Notes under the pieces: generated by a model
Databases searched by the model: none
What the model saw: the letters and a program-made list of their open reading frames with translations, nothing else
Told to the model about the DNA's origin: nothing
Shown here: positions 13,201-22,809 of the stretch, in pieces
Layout of the letters: each line of letters opens with the position of its first letter
Numbering within the stretch: the first letter of the stretch is position 1
Position numbers and translations under genes: made by a program
From: Marsupella aquatica
Lineage: Eukaryota > Plantae > Marchantiophyta
DNA length: 64,000 nt
Direction: 5' to 3'
Assembly: GCA_973895155.1 (NCBI GenBank)
Contig: OZ316899.1
Coordinates: forward strand, 6,699,241-6,763,240

Positions 13201-13262
13201 TGGTCACCAAAGTTGAAACTAAGAGAGGCTTCTTTTAGTGCTTGACTCCTTGTAGTGGGCAT
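7287..13262 (-). CDS. Gag-Pol polyprotein (~1991 aa from ATG MPTTRSQ): gag, 3 CCHC knuckles, protease, RT, RNase H, integrase with GPY/F, no chromodomain
   Basis: Single open frame. CVKCKSFGHTPQEC / CWNCQKPGHYSNSC / CAVCKREGHTTANC; VPVDGGSGVN; FLDGYSGYNQ, MPFGLCNAP, FIDD; VYVDVS..DREAL..TDH; H..H..YWW..C..C, WGIDFIGP, SDRGTHF, NGLTER; WLGPY. Confidence 0.97.
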   Translation of the reverse strand: MPTTRSQALKEASLSFNFGDQLEQPDWVDIHLQAEAEPGVGWSDTSSSTTNTSEDQEATMVVTQRARFQYKTFHGKPKEDPDGWLEDFIGTAQANGEFDIKLTTLAGVLRGEARPWFNSLSNAIKNDWDAFKLAFLQEFRKVGEESEALIKMGEIRMGSKESVRRFLQRFQRLATKLDPRPVDSMLLAWFVASLPRKMGVSVRQSHPNTLDEAIEAAQSYRSAEISSSKSRRKKKRFAYSDSSSSSSESSSSVEDTSESESEESSSSSDSESDSEEDSEKKKKKKKKAKRKSDQKRRASKKKPGGKHHKSATFNLVEGSTPATKEKKVMDNKMSEITNQLKALSVHFAGVQPDRRKVPVNRAHVWCVKCKSFGHTPQECQGWRNQVQYVNEESNDVYQASEVVDYFYEEAPEMVYQISGGPRTLQGRPAPPMAPQLMPGLQPRMVDQMGPQGPGGVARTTVVICWNCQKPGHYSNSCPEPRRQGQGAPYPLCAVCKREGHTTANCPIGSAAKMMIGRIEAPPPAVAKAPGEATVNFLSMEWQEEAKDGVTQVAGGENQPDLPGMETPEEEAVCYKVSTRSTRKKERVEERKKRKERKEHSTESPIEVEVGAEVQVPPAEDSDYKRDHPKLFYPKVNEEVKRQLEEMEAKEHQEAINKDLKVAKALKEKAEVEEKKETSKVPSYDIKKDVKDCLVTATVGQLIKDNPLYRRQLKEMLVGRRRRKLPKVGTPADVMMVCEDLGAPEIDVQVNGCVLSYVPVDGGSGVNIMIEATAQQLGFKKLQPTARTMRLANGARVLPVGTLTQVPTLIGGQEFLLNYLVMRPARPSTYPILIGRPWLYGAKVVSDWGKKEFRFGKPATSVSWGHDKHQGETTDELDEYDSELSDELSTKSESDEDEVYMLNMVSQWTEEEVFGEEQEQEALTSHSPLPSLSEVTSLEEVKQAETSAKESNQEDTITMAQEVDQTSKGAAQVEIKTRSNDQSLKAKHLALLKLKIKELEDQLKAANSEEDETQEDQHSSKEKEELSAENAPVYGGMRLAQLEGTFDSTMRNKMEVIRAEQYRTISVQQDKTFNLGNALGSGEEKTIQDLLGEYVDVFAWSHLDLTGVNPELGEHRIDLMLGASPVRQRQYRMNPKYSLMVKEEIDKLLEAGFIYPVLNSEWVSPIVIVPKKPGLDGKPKIRVCQDFRKLNEATKKDHYPIPFTDMVLDLVAGWEVYSFLDGYSGYNQIWIRKEDQLKTAFTTEWGIYAFRRMPFGLCNAPGMFQRLMMNIFHDYLRKFLEVFIDDFAVFGRGKDHVEHLRMTFQRCREVGLKLHPGKCFFGVEEGILLGHKVSKKGIEVDQEKVAVWMAVKFPTSVTELRGFLGCLNYYRRFIKDFAKVALPLTSMLKKGAEVEPSVERLASFQELKNRLVEAPILIAPDWSREFHVYVDVSGFCIGVVLSQLDDQNRDHPIYFASRLLAPAEKNYSPTDREALGIIYSCKKFRHYLLGYKVVFHTDHNALKYMVNKPDVTGRVARWILLLQEFDYEVRVRPGKKHGNADFFSRIEGEEDLKEVDDQFPDEDLFHVGSGGDTWYLDIIQFLLTTRLPRDLNQEEAAVFLRKIRPYLLVKGVLHKEGVDGRLRRCLEKKEISIVMRAMHEEEAGGHYASATTARKILDAGYWWPTLHKDVSLFVRGCDPCQRTGKPAHSRHHPLTTILPLAPFEKWGIDFIGPITPVTRSRRNRYILLATDYATKWVEARPTSKDNALTVARFMYQQIFTRFGPPLELVSDRGTHFLNEVVEELTNHYLIKHRKTTPYHPKANGLTERANGIIGKILNKTVAAHKTDWDDKLYSAVYSYNLAFKTTTGHSPFYLVFGQHSLVPVEFEVPTLRVSVEERMEADQSLMERAYQLEELEEIREEASKQVKKKQAQVKQHHDKKLKKPTSLLAGQLVLLYDSRYAHFPGKLHTRWLGPYVVHQVYANGSIQLATLEGEVFPTRVHHDRLKRYFNQE

Positions 13263-13368
13263 GCCACTCACAATCACCTTCTTATCTCCCTTCTTCTCTT
13301 GAACAGCAAACCTGCAAACACACCTCCAAGTCTTGTGGCTCCACTCCAACAAAAACTGTAAAGAGTTG

Positions 13369-13386
13369 TCCCCGGCAGCGGCGCCA
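13369..13386 (-). promoter_or_regulatory. Primer-binding site, tRNA-Asp (Athila) type
   Basis: Minus strand TGGCGCCGCTGCCGGGGA, one mismatch to the Athila-type TGGCGCCGTTGCCGGGGA; lies 20 nt from the LTR end. Confidence 0.8.
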
Positions 13387-13406
13387 AAAACAAGGGTGGG
13401 ACTCTA

Positions 13407-16400
13407 TGTCAAACACTTGCCAAGGAGCTTAAGCGGCTTTTCTCCCCAAAAGACTACCTAATACCTGCTCCATGTCATACCAGGGTCACAAAGGATTGAC
13501 AAAACTTCTGAAGTGTGCTTACAATGTCCAATCACTCCATACATAAGTAGTTTCAACTCTCCACTTCTAGAGAGGTAGTCCCCTTGACTACTTTTGTACT
13601 CACCCCTTCCCCTCTCCTCTACTCCAAGGATCAGCAAGGGGGATCTCCGCTCCAAGCTGTCACCTTAGAGTAGATTCTCACACAAACACCCAAGAACCCA
13701 AAGTACTTTCCTCTTCAAGCTTAAGTCTCCTCAAGACCCTCAAAGTAGTGTTACCCCTCAACCTTGCCCCCCTGGCCTTGGTTTGGGTCCACACATCCCC
13801 TTTGAGCCCTAGAGAAGGCTCCTCTATCTAAGGACTCTTCCTCTTGTTCTTACTTCTTGTTAACACCACACACCAAGCAAAGTACTTTCCACCCTCAAGC
13901 TATAATCCTCTCTAAGTCTCAAAGTAATGCTATACCTTAACCTTGCCTCCTTGGCCTTGGTTTTGTACTAGCACATCCCCTTCAAGCTTAGACCAAGATT
14001 ATACCATAGCATGGACTCTTCTCTTGCTCTCATATACTTCAAATGCACTCACACTTAATGGTCACAATGAAGATTGGTAAGTCTCCTTTTATTGCATCAC
14101 CTTTACAACAAAAGTTCACTACACATTCTCCCCACTAAGCATGGACCACCTCTCCTTTCTCAAGCTTAGCCCTACCTTGGCAAGGTAGAGATTTCACTTA
14201 AGAGATGAGACTCCCGGTCCCTAACAAATGAAAACTTCCTCCTTATATACTATCTCCTTCCACATCACACCAAGCTTGACCTGGGGTCCAACTATACCTC
14301 CCCCAAGTCCTCCTAACACACAAAGTCCAACTCTATAGTTCATAGCCCACCCTACTACTTGCTATTTTGCCTCCTTCCAAGCCCTGGAATATGCCACACA
14401 TGAGTGGTATGCTTTGACTTCCAAACCTACTCCCACTTATGGTCCTCCTCACCAGCTTACCAACCCACTTGAAAGCTCGCAAAAAGAGTGAGTGAGTCTC
14501 AAGTTGTGCCTAGTCAAAGTTGGCCTTATTTTACTTGTAACCCCTTTACTACCCTAAGTAAACTACCCCCTATATTTACTTTTCTTAACTTGATGGCCTT
14601 ACACCTTTGGCCAAAGGTAAGTACCCTTCTCTAGAGCCTAACTCAAGTGGTATGGGTGCAAGAAAGGTCAGCCCCTAAATCTGGTATTCATTCCCCTATG
14701 CCGACTTTGGTTTGCAAGTTGTCGGGACTCCCTCGTGGCCTCGGTTAAAAATATATTTGAGTGATTACTTTTCTGGGGTTCCACCTTCACCAGGGGGTGC
14801 CTTATCTTCCCCTAACTCAGCACAAAAAAATTTGGGCCCCAACGGATACCTCTAGCCAAAGTTATGCCCATTCTCCCAAGGCCTGTTTTTGGTGTAAAGC
14901 GGGTGTAAGCGGCGGCCCGATTACACTTACCTTACATGCCCCTTATGGGGATTCCACGTGTCATGAGGGGAGAGCACTCTCATTATACTCATGTTTCTTA
15001 TGAAGAAATTGTAAGGACAGCAATGTTTGCAGCCATTTCTCTCTCGTGAATTCAATCTAAAACCACAGCATTCTCTATTGGATTCTTTCTTGTGCAGCAG
15101 TCCAGCTGATCAGCCGCCAGCCCCTCAATTTCACAGCCACCATAGTTCACAGCCAGCCTAGTCAATTTCGCAGCTAGCCCACCTCTTCAATTTTGCCGCT
15201 AGCAACACAGTCAATTTCGCAGCTAGCAGCACAGTCACATCAGCGCATTTACAGCACAACAACAGCAGATTTGAAGCACAGCAGCAGCAACCATAGCTTG
15301 ATTCCTTCTCAGTCAAGCAGGTCTCTCTTCTCAATTTCGTAGCTGCCCACCTTTGCAATTTCGCAGCTAGCAGCAGCATCATTCAATTCAGCAGCATCAA
15401 GGCAGCAGCCAGCCAATTCTCATGAGCATCTCGTGCCTGATTAGTAGGAGCACCTCTAATCTAGTGTGCAGCTGTCATAGCAGCAAGCAGCCTTCCCAAT
15501 TCAAAGCCAGCAGCGATCCTAATTTGCAGCCATAGCTCTTTTCCTTCTCAGCAGCCATAGCTTCTTCAATCAGCAACAGCCCTTGCTTCTTCAATCAGCA
15601 GCAGCCATTTCAATTCAGCCGCCCTTCCTTCAATTCAGCCGCCCTTGTGCTCAATTGATTCCTCAAGTAATCATGCAGCACCTTTGGACAGCCTCCCGGT
15701 GCTTGACGTCCTCACCAGCCTCGTGCTTGCTCCTCCTTGCCTCGTGCTCGCCGCGTGATCGCCGCCCACGCGGTTTACACTTAGAAAAAAATACATTTTT
15801 TTTTGGAAAAACAGCATTTTGGGGCGATTTTGGACCCCCCTCCAAAACTCACACATAAGTCCAAAAGGACTTCTGAGTAGCTCCACTGATTCTATGGACA
15901 TAGGACTATGTCCGGGTTTACTAAGATATAAACAAAACCCTATAACAACTTTTCTAAAATTAGGCAAAGAGGGTCAAGTCTTTATGTCTTCCAAAATTCT
16001 TCTCAACTTTGAGATGCTCCCAAAAAGTAACCAAGTGTGACAAAGTTGTCCCACAAGTTTCTAGGGATAGAGGGGACCATACTTAACCCACTTCCAAACT
16101 TGGAACCCCTACATTTACCCATCAGCTATTTTTCCCGGGACCCGCTATTTGGTAACTTTGATTTTTGCCAAAATACTTATAACTCCTAGGTTAAGACCCC
16201 ACTTGACTTCATACTTTTTCAGGGTTCCCTAGGGACCTCCCAGCACCCATGGGAGAAATATCAGCCAAAAATAAGATGTCCGGTGTCGGGTCATTTTTCG
16301 GTCCCGACTTAGTCGCCTATTATAACTAAGGACGGAACTAGTTTCCTGCCCCTCCTATAGTAACTTGCTTACCCCTAGATAACTTTGCATAACTAAAATT

Positions 16401-16550
16401 CCCTCTTACCTCTACTAAGCTTCCCTTCTTACTTAAGTGCCCTAAACCTAGCTACTCTGATAGCACTAAAACTTTTTCCCTAACTATTTCCTCTTCTAAA
16501 CGAAAGAATGTCATGTTTCTCTACACTAGCTGACACTGAGCCATCCCACA
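13407..16550 (-). repeat. 5' LTR (3144 bp) of the young gypsy
   Basis: Copy of 4103-7246, adjacent to the PBS side. Confidence 0.97.
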
Positions 16551-17357
16551 GTTCGGCCTAGGAGCCACATATGGATTTTGAATGATTTGTGGATACATTT
16601 CACCTAGTATTCAGGGACATAGATCTCATGCGCCAACAAACTCACTACCATCTATTCCATATGGGAGTATGGGGGCTCCCTATATAGTACATGGCGTGGT
16701 GGTTATGTAACCACCTCTTGTCCCTATTCACTAGGGTAAGTCTAGTTTACCGGGGTTAGGTTTATCACTTATAACACTCCCCCTTGGTTGGGTGATGAGT
16801 GTGTTACATCCAACCATATGATGGGGAAAGCTAACCCTATGGTCTATAGTCTGGCCCAATGTAGTATGGTCTCATTAAAACCATGCTTCCATCATGGAAA
16901 GAGTGCCACTACTATAACATAGGTTTGGGTCCAGTTATTGAATGTAAGTCCTTATAGTGTGCAAAAAGGGTGCATAAGGGAAATTAAAGGGTGTAATCTC
17001 TAGGTATGTGTCCGTTAATGTGTCTAAAGACGCGTGGTCTGTGTTTATGTTTAAGGAGCTGTTTACGCTCCTACCCTAATCCTGCGGGCCATGGGTCGGA
17101 CGCCTCCAATCATCGGTCTGTTGCCTTGGTGGGCTGCTGACATCGTTTGAATCTTCGTTCGTTTGGTAGTCGGTGCGGCCATGTCGGGAGGTCGTCATTT
17201 GTGTGTTGAGATTGGTCAAAGTCTCATCGGTTCTGCGTGATTCTCGATGGTTCGGGGTGGCAGATTGGGGGTAGCATGTAATGTTGGAGCTCCCGTTGTA
17301 TCAGTTTGATCGGCAGTAATGGGTGTGCAGTTTGGGTAAGTTCCTCGATGGCCTGCA

Positions 17358-20300
17358 TCATTCTTTTCCTTGTAAAAGTGATGCCATACTTTGCAGTCCT
17401 ATCCCGTATGCATGTTCACGGTGTAGTGCTGGTGGGAGTGGTTTAGTGAACAAGTCCACGAGGTTGTCTTTACTTGGAATCCATTGTACTTGGACCTGTT
17501 CGCCATGCTGTTTGTGAGTGAAAAAGAATTTGGGTGCTATGTGTTTGATTCTATTCCCTTTAATGAATCCCTGGACTATCAGCTCCACGCAGGGTCGATT
17601 GTCTTTGTATATAGTTGTTGGTTTCTTTAGCTGTGCTCTGCCTGTGTGCAGGTGTATGTGGTTTATCAAGTTTCTCAGCCAGATGCTTTCCTTGGTGGCT
17701 TCGTAAAGTGCTATTATCTTGGCGTGATTTGAGGAGGTCGCTGTGAGTGATTGTTTGCTGCTTTTCTAAGAGATCGTTGTGCCACCTTGTAGGAAGACGT
17801 ATCCTGTTTGGGATTTTGCATCGTCAGGGTCTGAGAGGTAGCTCGCGTCCATGTAGCCAGTCAACATGTTTTCTGAGTTCTTGGGGAAGAATAACCCCAT
17901 GTCCGTTGTGCCGTGCAGGTATCGGAATACCCTTTTTACTCCGTTCCAATGTCAGATTGTGGGGTTGGAGCTATGGCGAGCTAGTAGATTGACGGCAAAA
18001 GCAATGTCGGGCGTGACTGTGTCGCCAGGTACATCAGGGCCCTGATGGCTGAGAGGTATGGCTTCTCGGGGCCAAGAACCTCCTCTGTCTCTGCCCATTT
18101 TTTAAAGGTGTCCCTTGTGGGGTCTGAGGATCTCAGGTCCATGGGGGTGCTGACCGGGTGGGCGGATGCCATGTTGAATTTTTGTAGCGCCTTTTTGGTA
18201 TAAGTTGATTGGTTGATCAGGATTCCCTGTTGCAAGTAGTTGAATTGTAATCCCAGGCAATAGCTAGGCTTCCCAATGTCCCTCATCTCGAATGTCTTCT
18301 TCAAGATTTTGATTGTCTTTTGCATTATTGTTGCTGTGCCAAAGATGTTTATGTCATCTACGTAAATTGCGATGATGATGAATTCATCTGCCTCCTGTTT
18401 GAGGAACAAACAAGGGGCAATGTCGTCAGTATTGAAGTTCAGTGCGAGCATTTCAGCTTTGAATCGTTTGTACCAGGTGCATCCGCTCTGTTTTAATCCG
18501 TACATTGAGCGTAGGACTTGGACTGCAAGTTCTCTTTTGACTCGTTTTGGCTGTGTAGCAGCGGTGTTCGGTCGGAGGAGCGTTTGTTTCCTGAGGTTGG
18601 ATGTGTGAAGCACATCCTTTGGTGTTGGTACTACAGGTCCGAGCTCGCTTGTCATTTTGTCCAAATCGCCTGTAGGGCCGGTTTGGGTTAGGCCCGGTTG
18701 TAGACCGCGGTCTGTGGTACCATTCTTCTCCCCCTCAATGTGGAACCTTATTCTTTTGATCAGTTCCGGGGGTGCCTTCATGTATATTGTGGTATCTAGG
18801 ATACCATACAGGTAGGCTATGATCACGTCTAGCGTGTACATGACGAGCTTGTGCAGGAGTGTAAATGCAATGAGGTACCAGTATGTTATGGAATCCATCA
18901 CCTCCCTATGTTTGGTCGAAGTCCCGACCGGGAATTGGGTGTAGCCCTTCGCTACCAAGCGAGCTTTGTATCTGATTACCTCTCCCTTTGCATTTTGTTT
19001 CCTCAAGAAAGTGAACTTATATCCTGTAAGGTGTGTCCCTGCGGGTGCAAGGATTACGGGTCCAAAGACGTTTCATTTTATCAGGGAGTCTAATTCGGAG
19101 TTTATGGCCAGCTCCCATTGATGCCAGTTTGGTCAAGATTGGGCCTCTGCTACTGTAATGGGGTCGGGGGTTTCGTTGGTTATCTCCTCAGAGATATGGA
19201 ACGCAAAGTGGTCATTGATTTGTGTTGTATTTTGCTGCATCATCTGTCCGGTGTATATGTAGCTGATTGTTATTTCCTCGTTTGCTATATCCCTTGGAGG
19301 GGGTGATCTTCGTGTAGGGGTGGTCGTGGGTGCTGGTGATGCGCTGCGTGGTGGTCGCGGGTGCATATCCTTGGAGCCTAGGGGTCAGCCCCATTTTGCC
19401 TTTGGTGCGGTTGCCATTGCCTGTGGGGCTGTCCGTGAAATTCTTGCAGGTGTATTTGTTGCCTCCGTGTGTGACCGTGTGACTACAGCTGCGTCGTTGA
19501 AAGAGTCGGATAAGTTCGTGAGCATCTGCTGTAAATGGAGGACCCTTTGTACTCCCTGGTCTACTTCTCTGGTCCGGTGGTCATCAGTGATTGGTTTCGT
19601 GGGCAGCCATTGTAGTTCTTGTGCTTTGACATGTGCGCTTCTAGCAGTGTCTTTGGCGAGAGTTGGGAATTCGTCTTCGAAGAATTGGCAGTCTTGGAAC
19701 CTTGCTTTAAATACGTCTGCTGTTGTAGGTTCCAAGTACCTGATGATAGAACGTGAGTCTAGTCCCACTTAGATGCCTCGTTATCTTTGGGGTCCCATTT
19801 TGGTCCATTTGGGGCCGAGTATTGTGACCAGGACCAGGCATCCGAATGTTCGAAGATGGGTGATGTCCGGTGGCATTCCGTATGCCAAGAAGTGAGGGGT
19901 CTGGGTGTTGAAGGAGGATGGCTTTATTCTTAGGAGGGCGGTAGCGTGCAGGACAGCATGTCCTCATGCTGAGGCTGGTAAGTTGGATTGCATTAGCAGT
20001 GGCCTGGCCACCATCTGTATGCGTTTTATCACCGATTCGGCGATACCATTCTGGAAGTGGACGTGTGGGACCGGGTATTCGGTGTCTATCCTTGCAGTCT
20101 CACAGAAGTTGTCAAACATTTTTTATGTAAACTCCCCCGCATTGTCAACTCTGATGGTTTTGATTGGATTCTCTGGGAATTGGTGTTTGAGTTTCAGTAT
20201 GTGAGATAAGATTCTGGTGAAGACCAGGTTCCGTGTGGAGAGCAAGGAGACCTGTGACCATTTGGTGGAGGTATCTATGATGACCATGAAGTATCGGAAT

Positions 20301-22017
20301 GGGCCGGATGGTGGTTCGATTGGCCCACACACATCTGCTTGTATCCTCTCTAAAAATTGTGGGATCTTATGTATGGTTTTTGATGGTGCAGGCCGAGTCA
20401 CCATCTTTCCCTATGAACAAGCGATGCAGGGTTTGTTCGAGGCTGAGGGGTGAACTCCGTGGGGTATCCCCACCGTGGTCTTCAGTATGTTATGGTACAT
20501 ATTGGTGCCGGGGTGACCAAGGCAATTATGCCAGGTTTGAGTTAAGTTGAGGGTGGGGGGTTCTGTGTGGTAAGAGTGTATCCTGGTGATGTATAAGCCA
20601 GGGGGTAAATTGGTAAGATCTCTCATACTCCTCCCCCTGGTTTGGTGTTGTCTAGTATGTGCAGCACTTCCCTGTTGTTGTGGGTGTCAATGTGGATGTG
20701 TAGCTTATTTGCGCGGATGTCGTTGAAGCTGATTAGGTTCCTTGTGGCCCTTGGTGCGTAGATTGCTGAGTCGATGTAGATTGTAGTCCCTTTTGGAAAT
20801 CTGACTCTGGCTGGGCCGTAGCCTTCCTCTATGTGGTTAGGTCCTGTTATCGTTGTCATGGATCTGTTTGATGGTGTGATTTGGAGGAAATAATGTCTGT
20901 CTCGTAGTATTGAATGAGATGTTCCGCTGTCCACAATGTAGTTATTGTGGTCGTTCGGTGGTGTTGATGTGGAGCCTAGTTGGGCGGTGTGGACCTCGGG
21001 TACTGCTGGGTCTAATCTGTAGCCCTCAATGTCGTCTAGGGCCTCCATGTAGTTGCCCTGTGCTCCGTTGGTGGGTTGTTCCTGGCTCTGCTTGTAGAGT
21101 GTGACCAGGTCTGCGGGTGCCCGACAGTCTCTTTGTAGGTGTTTCTTTGTTCCGCACCTGAAACATTCAATGGGGTCATTGTCTTCTTGGTTCCAATTGT
21201 AATATCCCCTGGCGCGGCGCCCCCCTCGGCCTCTTCCTCTGAGTCCGCCTCCTCTTCTGTTAAAGTTTCCGAATGTGTGGTCTTCTCTATTGGGTTGGCC
21301 GTTGCCTCTGCCGCCTTCTTGGTATCTACCCCTACCGGGGTTTCTGCCTCTTCTCCCCCTGAAGTTTCCATTTCCTCTCCCTCTGGGCCTGTCGTTCTGG
21401 CGATTAAAGTTGGCTTCTGGTCTTGGTGGTGGTGCAGCGGCCCCTGGTGGGCGAGATTTGGCATTCTCCAGGAGGAGTAGTTGGTGTTTTTTGGCAAGAA
21501 GCATATATGCGACCAGTTTGGAATATTTAGTGAAGCCCATATTCATGTATTGTGATGCCAGGAGTAAGTTTCCTGCGTTGAACGTTGAAAGGGTGCGCTC
21601 TATCATTTCATCGTCGTTGATGGGGTGGCTGCAGACTGCCAGTTGTGAGGTGATCCAGAATAGTTTGCCATTGTAGCTCGCTATTGAGTTGTGGTCTTGG
21701 ACTCTGAGATTGATCCAGTCGTGGCGGGCCGTTGGTAGGGAGACAAGCCGCATGTGGTTGAACCGTAATCTTAGATCTTCCCAGAGTATTTTGGGATTAT
21801 ATTGGTTCAGATATTGGGTCTTGAGTGGCTCGGCCAAGTGATGTCGAATGAAGATTAGCGCTCTTGCCTTCTATTGTAGTGTGAGGCCTGCATAGGTTAG
21901 GATTGCGTCCTGCAAGTCTTTGGATGCAAGATAGGCCTCAATGTCAAGTAACCATGTTAGATAATTTGCACCGTCTATGGTTAATGCCTTAAATTGTAAT
22001 TTCTCGATCGTAGTCAT
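17358..22017 (-). pseudogene. Copia gag-PR-INT-RT-RH polyprotein with stops and frameshifts
   Basis: MTTIEKLQFKALTIDGANYLTW; CFRCGTKKHLQRDC; IVDSGTSH; FLERIQADVCGPIEPPSGPFRYFMV..DNAGEFT (Bianca-like); YKARLVAKG, YGLKQ, YVDD; KHIAPKFF..DLFTKPL. Confidence 0.92.
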
Positions 22018-22445
22018 TGTTCAATTGAAGTATTGTGTCTTCGGTAATCAGAAATGTCTCAATGAATGGAGATTGCTTAAGTTTTCCTTGGTGTATCTTG
22101 TTTGGAATTGTGTAATCTTGGGGGATGGGATCGGGACTTCCCTGATATTGGTCCGTGTGCGGCCGTTCTTGGTGGTCTGTTTGCCTTGTGTCGACCTGCC
22201 TTGTGCCTGCTCCGATATTTCACGGGCCGTCCTTGCCAGATGTTGGGTAATTTTTGTGGAGAGGATCGCGTTCAGGGAGGGGAGATCGATGTGGGGGCAA
22301 AGCTATTGTTGGAATCCTTGAAAAAAAACTGAAATCCTTAGATGTTTTTGTCTTCCGTGGGCTGGTGTGGAGGTTTTCCCTTTTTTTTCAAGCAAAATTT
22401 TGCTCGAGCTGATGTGCAAGGAAAAAAAACCACTCAGATCTAGAG

Positions 22446-22459
22446 TCATGTTGATAACG
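22446..22459 (-). promoter_or_regulatory. Bianca-type PBS, probably for a half-tRNA-Ile primer
   Basis: Minus strand CGTTATCAACATGA directly after the 5' LTR; no TGG; resembles CGTTATCAGCACGA (from memory) with transitions. Confidence 0.6.
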
Positions 22460-22809
22460 TATTCAGGGACATAGATCTCATGCGCCAACAAACTCACTAC
22501 CTTCTATTCCATATGGGAGTATGGGGGCTCCCTATATAGTACATGGCGTGGTGGTTATGTAACCACCTCTCATCCCTATTCACTAGGGTAAGTCTAGTTT
22601 ACCGGGTTAGGTTTATCACTTATAACATCTGGGTTATTTCTCAATCCTGACCACAGGGATGCAGGGCGGTTGGCCAGATCCCGTGTCGGTAACTTGCGGG
22701 ACATGACTGGTGTTTAGTTTAGGACATGCATCTTTACGGTGTCCAGTTTTGTAACATAAAGCACACCATACATAGCTGTCCTCAACTATCACCTTCTTCT
22801 TTGACTTAG

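Larger units (their letters stand above)
4103..16550 (-). mobile_element. Intact, very young non-chromovirus Ty3/gypsy LTR retrotransposon (Athila/Phygy-like)
   Basis: Two 3144-bp TG...CA LTRs at offset 9304; perfect TSD GTTCG (4098-4102, 16551-16555); PBS, PPT and uninterrupted gag-pol ORF. Confidence 0.97.
16608..22627 (-). mobile_element. Ty1/copia LTR retrotransposon, Bianca lineage, degenerate
   Basis: Short LTRs 16608-16776 (169 bp) and 22460-22627 (168 bp), about 3 substitutions plus 1 indel apart; ends TGT...ATA; PPT AGGGGGAG at 16777-16784; flanks CCTAG/TCTGG (decayed TSD). Confidence 0.92.
1..22809 (-). mobile_element. Old degenerate non-chromovirus Ty3/gypsy (host of the nest); surviving pieces ~1-1228, 1529-1961, 3436-4102, 16551-16607, 22628-22809
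   Basis: Pieces are colinear with the intact polyprotein at 7287-13262 once the insertions are removed: zinc knuckles WCALCYKTGHRKDAC (~22700-22780), CYTCGQPGHFAREC and CMGCRQEGHMLGQC (3570-4100), PYDLAKDV..ATVGQLLK, protease region (IGRPWL, DWGKKEF), RT N-terminus (FQDVFAWSHQDLKG..EHQIDL). Many stops and frameshifts. Confidence 0.85.

Noticed and set aside
8202-13238. Plus-strand ORFs overlapping gag-pol
   Set aside because: Antisense shadows of a long coding frame.
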